Assembly (NCBI RefSeq): GCF_000002075.1
Contig: NW_004797387.1
Coordinates: forward strand, 545,743-597,597
Source of the DNA: Aplysia californica
Lineage: Eukaryota
DNA length: 51,855 bases
Reading direction: 5' to 3'
Part shown: positions 43,909 to 51,855 of the stretch, piece by piece
Position numbering within the stretch: the first letter of the stretch is position 1
Layout of the letters: each line of letters starts with the position of its first letter
Position numbers and translations under genes: made by a program
The notes under the pieces: model-generated
What the model saw: only the letters and a program-made list of their open reading frames with translations
Database searches by the model: none
What the model was told of the DNA's origin: nothing

Positions 43909-44963
43909 TGTGATACGTGGATGAAAACGCTGTTTCACTTTCTAGGGACCACAAAGACACGACAAAATGTGACTCAAACGGGATCTTTCAGGGCAGAATC
44001 AGCAACACCAGAACCTCAGCCTTCCGGACACAAAAACTACAAACGTCAACTTCCTGAATCCTGTTGAACTTGCCACTTTGACCTATGGCCTCTAGGATGG
44101 GCCAAAGGCCGAGGGGTCACTTTTAAGTTGTGAAATTTGGCCAACATAAAACAGCTGGGCGATGCTGTAATAGGTAACAACGTTATTAGTTTTACCAAAT
44201 ATGATTTTTCATCCACTGCCATTGAAGGAAAGAAAAGAACAGAAAGAAAAGAACAGAAAGAAAAGTTAAACATGCGGCATTTTTTTCCCTAACTTATGGA
44301 GTGTAAATTGGGAATTGGGGAGATTGGGTCTTCTTGCACCCCCATCCCAACTTCAGCAGAACCCATTCGAAGGAATGGAAAAAGTGATTTTTGGCTCTGA
44401 AGTGTAAAGGCATGGGAGGGAGAATAGGTGGAGGGGGGGGGGGAGCTTTCCGTATGTCAGATTAACATAGGCTAATTTAGATACAATGGTTAAGTCTGAT
44501 CAACCCATGTTGCACTATTATAATAAGTTCGGGGGAAAAGGGCGAAATTGAATGCACCTTTCTACGTCATCGTTTTTCTTTTACTAAATATTGTTAGTTT
44601 ATGTTCCGGGTTGTATTTAGATTTCTAGTTGCAGTATTCAGTATAAGTATAAGCTTAGCTCTGGCTGGTGTGTGACTGGGAAGCAGAACGATTTGGCCTA
44701 GCCTGGAGCCTAGAATTAGAATAAAAGCTTCCTCAAAGTGGAAATATTTTATTACAGGAATCTGCTGATTTCTTTTAGAATCATATAAAGGACAGGAAAG
44801 GTTTGTATATTTAATTCTTTTTGCGTGTGAAATGTTTTGGTTATTGTTGGAGTGTCTCTGCGCTCTCTGCTCTGGGCCAACTTGTCTTGTGTTTCGATTC
44901 AAGAGCCTCGTGACAGTGTTGTTTTAACAGAGAGACCTGCAAACTGCTGTTAGAGGAATAAAC

Positions 44964-45108
44964 GGGAGGACTTCCGTAACGAGCGACCACTATGAGACAG
45001 AACAGAATTGAGAGGTAGGGTTTGGGTTAGGGTTAGATCTAGATCTAGGCCTGTTCTTTATACTTTATTGTGTTTGATGAGGTGGTCGCTCGTTACGGAA
45101 TTCCTTCC
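44964..45108. mobile_element. Second copy of the Merlin-like MITE, opposite orientation
   Basis: Same TIRs and internal sequence as 2639-2818. TSD GAATAAAC at 44956-44963 and 45109-45116. Confidence 0.85.
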
Positions 45109-45477
45109 GAATAAACTGTCTAAAATGTTGATCTCTTTTGGACCTGTTTTCAACTCTTCATTTTACGTCTGATCTTTCGTCTAGATCTACCCCATTTTGC
45201 CTAGTATCATCCGTTATTCAATTGCATTCATTATCAATTCTCATTGAAATATGGGTGCTTTTTCAGTAGTTCCCGTCCCACCCCCCTTATTTGATCCTGA
45301 CCTAGATTCTACACCAAGATCTATACGTTTGAAGCGCGGCGAGCTAAGATATCAAACTGCAAAACATCAAATTATGGTCTGAAACCCCCCTACTCTTGAG
45401 GCCAAAACCGGCGAATAACAATTGCGGGGTGAGAACTACCGAAAAAGCGCCGAAATATGTATACCAGTAGGCTACGT

Positions 45478-45564
45478 AGATCTAGATCTAGATATCTAGT
45501 GATTCCAGGCCTACTAGATTCTAGATCTAGATCTAGAATCTAGCTAGATCTAGATCTAGAAATC
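45478..45564. repeat. Palindromic (TCTAGA)n hexamer array
   Basis: Runs of agatctagatctaga. Similar runs at 1505-1583 and 43594-43636. Confidence 0.8.
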
Positions 45565-46370
45565 TACTACTACGGCATTATCATCATCACATCTTATAAT
45601 TTTAATCACTTCATAATATTTAATTTTTTTTTTACGAAGTGTATACAGACCCGGTAACCGGGAACAAAGTCACGAAGTATACAGACCCGTAGGGGAAATC
45701 TTTTGTGGTTTTGGAAAGTTTCAGCGCCCTGACCTGGTGGGAGAGAGAGAGAGTGCGTGTGTGTGTGAGAGAGAGAAAGAGGAGGGGGTAGAGAACAGGG
45801 CGAAGTGCTAGCAATTTATATCACATGCCCCAGTTGACTGGAGGGAATGAGAGAAAGATGGAGTGGGAAAGTAGGTGGGGAAAAAATAAAGACAGAGACA
45901 AACAAAGAGAAAGAGAGGGCAAGCGATACACAGAGGAGAGAGAGATAGATCTAGATAGAGAGGGTGACTGCTCAATTGAAATTATTACATTAGACATTGT
46001 TCTTTTCTTCAAATTTTCTTATTAATTCCCCCAATTCCAAAACAGGCAAAAATGATTATTTATCGAAAAGACATCCGCAGTCTTCATTTAGATCTAGGCC
46101 TCAAAACTAGATCTATGATTTATGTCTGTCTGTCTAGATCTAGACCAAGGCCGTAGATCTAGAAGAACCTAGGGTAAATTTTTACTTAAAATATGCTTCC
46201 ACACACAGATGCAATTGGTTTACGGGCTAAACTGCCATAATTTTTGCTGAAGAACATTCATATATATATATGGCCTCTAAAACCCTTGCTAATCAATTGT
46301 TTTCTAGTGAAATATATCAATCTCCAATTTTGGCCCCAAGAGAAGTAGAGTGTTGGTATAGATTAACTTT

Positions 46371-46924
46371 CGAAGTGGCTAGCCGTACTTAAGTAGACTG
46401 CCAGTCTAACCGTATTTAGATCTAGGTTTGGCCCTAGCGACTCAAGCCTGTTAAGTACACAGGTCTCATTAGATCTAGATCTAGTAATTATTCAGGTTCA
46501 AAGACATGATGTAAGTCAGTAAGGCACCTTTTGATTTTGTCTGAAATACAAATACTTTAGGCATTGCAAACTAAAAATTTCATTTACAATTCAGCCATCA
46601 ATATTAAGTACAGCTAGTCTGACAGTCTAGCCGTCCTTAAGTAAGGCTAGCCTGGCTGTCTACCCGTACTTAAGTACAAGTCTAGCCGTTTTTATAATGA
46701 ATCTTATAAAGGCCCTATTAACATTAGAAAACAGGAGGTTTAAAATACATGCACTGTCATTAAGGCACCTGGTTTCATCTCAAATACAAATATACTTTAG
46801 GTACTGCACACTAAAAATTTATATTTACCATTCAGTAGGCCTATTTTTTAAAAATGGTCAGTCTAGCCATCATATTTAGAATAAGTACGGCTAGACTGCC
46901 AGTTAAGTACGGCTAGCCTCTTCC
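46371..46924. mobile_element. Non-autonomous DNA transposon with 9-bp TSD (Mutator- or Merlin-like)
   Basis: ATTAACTTT|CGAAGTGGCTAGCCGTACTTAA ... TTAAGTACGGCTAGCCTCTTCC|ATTAACTTT. Internal repeats of CTAGCCGTACTTAAG and a duplicated ~100-bp block. Confidence 0.8.
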
Positions 46925-47554
46925 ATTAACTTTACCAGTGGTTACATTAAGCACCCTGAATGTAATTTGAATTAAGAATGATCATGCTAACTTCACCCCC
47001 TACTCTTTTCCCTTTTCTTTTCTTTTTTTCACCCCCTCCCACCCCTCTTCCTGCATTGGCCTTCTTATATTATTCTCCCTTGTTTCTTCAAACAACTTTA
47101 ATTTTCAAATTGTCGAGCGTTGCCGGGTCCGCACACGGGAAGAGGATCGAAGTTGTGTTCCACGCCTTGAGCGAGCAAAAATTAGGCCTTGTCGACAGAG
47201 CCTGTTTTGTTGTGCTCGTCTTCGCCCTGTGGCATTTGGACCTATGCTGTTTCCTCATTCCCTCTGAGTTTGAGCGACCGTAGCGTTTCAGTCGTCCCTC
47301 TGTGCCAGTGGTCGATAATTCAGAGTGCCGTGAACGTAGCCTGCAAACTACGTTCATGGCGCCGTGAACGTAGTCACTGCGATAACTTAAAGGGTAGGGC
47401 TAATAGGGGACAAATTGTAGGCTTATCATTGGGGGCAAAACAGGTTATTATCAGGCTCTATTTAAAAAAGTTAGACCTAAATTTTAGGAGGCAAAATTCA
47501 ATTGAATCTTAAGATCCACCCTGCAATTATAACAGTCAATTTGAGAGGAAGATA

Positions 47555-48429
47555 GCCTATAATACAACCTATCCCTCCCCCCATGCTCTTTGTACTACCA
47601 CTTACTGTCTTACCTTTTCTGGCCTATAATACAACCTATCCCTCCCCCCATGCTCTTTGTACTACCACTTACTGTCTTACCTTTTCTGGCCTATAATACA
47701 ACCTGTCCCTCCCCCCATGCTCTTTGTACTGCCACTTACTGTCTTATCTTTTCTGGCCTATAATACAACCTGTCCCTCCCCCCATGCTCTTTGTACTCCC
47801 ACTTACTGTCTTACCTTTTCTGGCCTATAATACAACCTGTCCCTCCCCCCATGCTCTTTGTACTGCCACTTACTGTCTTATCTTTTCTGGCCTATAATAC
47901 AACCTGTCCCTCCCCCCATGCTCTTTGTACTGCCACTTACTGTCTTACCTTTTCTGGCCTATAATACAACCTGTCCCTCCCCCCATGCTCTTTGTACTGC
48001 CACTTACTGTCTTATCTTTTCTGGCCTATAATACAACCTGTCCCTCCCCCCATGCTCTTTGTACTCCCACTTACTGTCTTACCTTTTCTGGCCTATAATA
48101 CAACCTGTCCCTCCCCCCATGCTCTTTGTACTGCCACTTACTGTCTTACCTTTTCTGGCCTATAATACAACCTGTCCCTCCCCCCATGCTCTTTGTACTA
48201 CCACTTACTGTCTTACCTTTTCTGGCCTATAATACAACCTATCCCTCCCCCCATGCTCTTTGTACTGCCACTTACTGTCTTACCTTTTCTGACCTATAAT
48301 ACAACCTATCCCTCCCCCCATACTCTTTGTACTACCACTTACTGTCTTACCTTTTCTGACCTATAATACAACCTATCCCTCCCCCCATGCTCTTTGTACT
48401 ACCACTTACTGTCTTACCTTTTCTGGCCT
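47555..48429. repeat. Minisatellite, 13 copies of a 67-bp unit
   Basis: Unit GCCTATAATACAACCT(A/G)TCCCTCCCCCCATGCTCTTTGTACT(A/G/C)CCACTTACTGTCTTA(C/T)CTTTTCTG. Period 67 from 47555 to 48426, with no spacers. Confidence 0.97.
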
Positions 48430-50189
48430 TAGTTTTGTGAGGCCCTAAATGCTGTTGGTGGAGGGGAGAAACCTACTTGAAACTTCTTCTTTTGTTTTGT
48501 GTATCGACTGTCACATCCATGGTTATTATAATTATACATTTTTGACTGTTGACAGAGTAAGTTGGAGCTTAACCAAGGGGCAACTTCAACAGCTTCTACC
48601 TAGCTTTTAAATTGCAAATTGTTTGATGCCTATATGGTCTTGGTATAATTAAAGTCCACTTTTTTCTGCTTCCTAGGCTTCCTCTCTTGTTATTTTTAGT
48701 TTTTTAAAAAGATCCAGAAAACACCCGCCTGATGTTCGCCGCCTCATCGCCATGCACTTTTCACTCTTGAAGAAGAAAAAACTGGTATTCACCCGTTATT
48801 TACTTACACACCTCTTTTCTTGCTTGAAAATATTCACCAATGTGTATATTTATTTTAAAATGAAAATTTGGTTCATCTTAATCTATCTTGAACTAGAATT
48901 AGAAAGATTATAATATGAATTGCGATTTTGGTGGCTGTGATGCAAATTCAACAGGACGCGAACGGAACAACTTCGACAAGGGGTGTGCAGTATCAACCTG
49001 ACTCGGTCAGATTTATCCCAAGCCAAGCCAAAGTACTAATAAATTTTTTAGCAAAATCACCTTTAAATTGTCACATTTCTCAGACCTGTCTGCATTATTA
49101 TTTCTTATTTGGAGTCGATATCCTCCACTGGTCAGGTACTAACTAGCAGAAATTTAGATGTAGGCTAGACCTCCACAGTCGCATGTTTGCTATGCCCCTT
49201 GGTCCCCACATCGTAAGGCGTAGCTAGACAAATACTCCTTCAGACTTATCTTTACTGAGCCCTTTCATGACAATGGACTCGCTTTTTTCGAGCATGTTAG
49301 GCTATGCTTACATGAACTATATGTTGCCTGTAACTTTAAGCATTTTACTGCCCTTTATTGGGGGGGTGGGAACAAGGAAATTGAGCTCCCCCAGAGTTTC
49401 AGCCTCCGGGATCACATTTATGATTGTGGGGAAAGAGCCACTGACAATTTAGTTCATTTAGGAAGCTGGCTGTTCCTGCATTTTGTCAATGCCCCTGATT
49501 TTGTAGATCTCATAGAGGGGGAAGATATGTAATAGAATTATGCTCTTTCTGTCAGAGCTCCATTAGGAAACTCTGCTAGTCTTCAGGGGAAGAATATGGA
49601 GAGGTATGGAGAAATAGACATAAAGTTGTGGAAGGGGGAGGGGTCATAATAAATTTAATAAGAACCCACAGTAATGTTGAAGATATCCTGCCTGTCAAAG
49701 TCACTCACAGCCCCAAAAGGAATAATTGCCCTATGATGGGGGGGGGGGGGGGGATGAATTTGCCTCAGCCCTGTAGAAATTGTCCCAAGTGAATGTATCA
49801 CAAATTCGCGTTTGGCTGAAAATTTAGAATGCAAAAATAGAGTAAAGAATGTAGTGCTCAAGAAGTAGAACGGCTGCTGTGCATGCTGTACTAAGATGAT
49901 CTGTGTTCTTTTACAAAGGTGGGAACAGTATTGGTTACTTTTGCAGTCACTGCATGAATCTGTTAAGGTTGCATAATCTACCCTATGTTTCTCTAACCCC
50001 CCTCTATCAATCTTTTTTTGGGCCTGCTTCTTCCTCTGTATTGACTGTATCCACCTGATCTCTTACTGCTATCTGGTGGTAGTCTTGACGAGAGTCGAAA
50101 CCATTTTATCTTTTATGTATATACTCTATGAAGGGAGTGGAGCGAGCCAACGTGCTCTCTGACAATCTCATATCTCACTCTGTCTCTTC

Positions 50190-50620
50190 TTGTGATGTTC
50201 AAAGTTTTTCTTCTGAGTTCCTTTGTTCGTGAGGCATCTCACTTCACAGGTTGTTCTTTTTACTTTGATCACTAATGTTAACTGTCCATGTTTGGCCTTG
50301 ATATCACAGTGTCAGTGCTGGTATGAAGATGCTGCTACTGTTAATGAGTTGGCACTTTGTTTCCATTATGATTTTGGAATGTGAACGTAACAATGCCAGT
50401 TGGTTAGTCACTGCATCAGCCTTTAAAAAAAATTCTGGTTTCTTTTCCTCTGTGTATCTTTTCGTCTTGGGTGAACACACTTCCCAGGTATTTGAACTCA
50501 TTTACATGCTTGACTACCAAGCCTGTCTCCATCCTAACCCTAACCTGAACTTGGATGATTTTACATTTTCTCATCCCACATGCAGGTGCTCTGCTTTTCG
50601 GAGCTAAAGTGCTGTGTTTT
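50190..50620 (-). mobile_element. Decayed LINE (RTE/RTE-X-like) RT C-terminal fragment
   Basis: Frameshifted pieces VKHVNEFKYLGSVFTQD, KADAVTNQL..METKCQLIN..SIFIPALT, YQGQTWT and TTCEVRCL. Confidence 0.7.
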
Positions 50621-51599
50621 GGCTGCAGAATACACCTTATATTGTGGCCACACAAAAAAGAATATTTTAAAAGTTGCAAATTTGTTGTTTGCTTTCAAAA
50701 ATCTCAACTCTCATAGCAAAACATCAAATTGGGTAAAACAGATTCCCCCCCCCCCCCCCCCCCCCCCAGATTTTATAAAAACATGCAAAATATCACGCTA
50801 TGCAATTTGGCCTGCAGTAACAAAGTTTGAATGAAAGCATCAAATAGCTCAAAAACTAATAATTTGCCATGGATTTTTAAAGTCAAATTTTGTTTTAAAT
50901 GGATAAAAATGAAAAAGAAAAGCGCTATAGAATACCTGAATACGGGAGTAAAAGTAAAAATGAGGCCCGGACATCTATGCTGCAGCTTATACTTAAGGTA
51001 TTGTGCATATTTTATCATAAAGTCAGGTCAATAGGCCTACATGGATTTTAAAATTAATTATAGTATAGCCCCCAATACTTTGCAGTGACTCTCACATCAG
51101 TCATATGGTTCTATGATATCAGACTAGACAAAAGTTAGGAGAAAGAATTCCATTAAAAAAATATTCAATAAAGTAATCATTAATCATAGCGAATGCTCTT
51201 TGGTGTTCTGATGGACTCGATCAGCATGATCAGAATAAATTGGGCTTGGTCAAGTAATAGCAGTGACCAGTTATCACGACATCAAATTTTAATAGACCCT
51301 GCCCTGCTTCTTCAAATTTTATCCGTAAGTTCATCAGGGTCTATGGCATTCTGCCATCAAGCAAAAGATCTGATCCCACAGTGCATTGTAGTGTAGCCTT
51401 CTAATTTATTGTAATCAGCTATTGGCCACGATTTCATTAAACAAGAACAATGATTAAATTGGGGTCAAAGTTGTCGATGTTGCCTTGTCGAACTATTCGA
51501 AATACGAACATGACAAAATGTTCTGCAATATCATTTAATATGTGCTCTGGTTATTAGTAATATTAGATCTAGATCTGATCAACAGTAATGAAAATAGTG

Positions 51600-51855
51600 C
51601 ATGTCAAGCATGTCCGCCTCATCAGAGAGCCTGGAACCCAATGACATAGCTTGTCCTGACAATGAGCTTATTCCTAGGCTAAGTGACAGATGTTTGGCAA
51701 CTTTTTGTTTTCCCCAACAACATCCTGTTTCCCTCACAATAAGCACTTGTGGTGTGGGTAAGTTTAACCTAGCAAATAACCTTGCTCCTAGCAGGAGGTG
51801 CAGTGGTGATAGTTTGGTGATGGATAAAAGAAGTGAGTGATATGCATAATTCATC
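51600..51855 (-). mobile_element. Possible decayed Ty3/gypsy integrase fragment
   Basis: AY...TKLSPLHLLLGARLFARLNLP resembles the integrase core end (AY..T..SPAELL.GR.LRT.L). This is a weak, by-eye match. Confidence 0.35.

Noticed and set aside
46978-47512. Coding exon of a fourth gene
   Set aside because: Overlapping ORFs on both strands have no recognisable protein similarity or convincing splice sites; a repeat origin is more likely.
47555-48429. CRISPR array
   Set aside because: Units are contiguous near-identical 67-mers with no unique spacers; the context is eukaryotic and there are no cas genes.

Overview
Eukaryotic, intron-rich animal DNA. A gastropod mollusc is my inference from repeat content and composition; it is not proven. 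Three protein-coding genes can be reconstructed by hand. (1) The first coding exon of a divergent Mab-21/cGAS-like (cGLR-family) nucleotidyltransferase gene on the minus strand (CDS 853->379, continuing off the left edge). (2) Head-to-head with it, a complete SEC23 COPII coat gene on the plus strand: probable non-coding exon ~1020-1100, then 19 coding exons 4360-23912, 775 aa. (3) A complete convergent calcineurin B homologous protein (CHP1-like) gene on the minus strand: 7 coding exons 43908->30134, 189 aa. Introns and intergenic DNA carry many non-autonomous DNA transposons with readable TIRs/TSDs, tRNA-derived SINE pieces, two decayed RTE-type LINE fragments, a 13x67-bp minisatellite, microsatellites and a 320-N assembly gap. 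The most notable observations are a compact bidirectional CREB3/XBP1+ETS-type promoter shared by the cGLR-like gene and SEC23, a ~1.75-kb foldback in SEC23 intron 1, 13-8-13 tyrosine-recombinase-like sites in two unrelated repeats, and an outlier 5.7-kb last SEC23 intron holding an in-frame 39-nt cassette exon candidate. All coordinates were read by eye and no searches were run.
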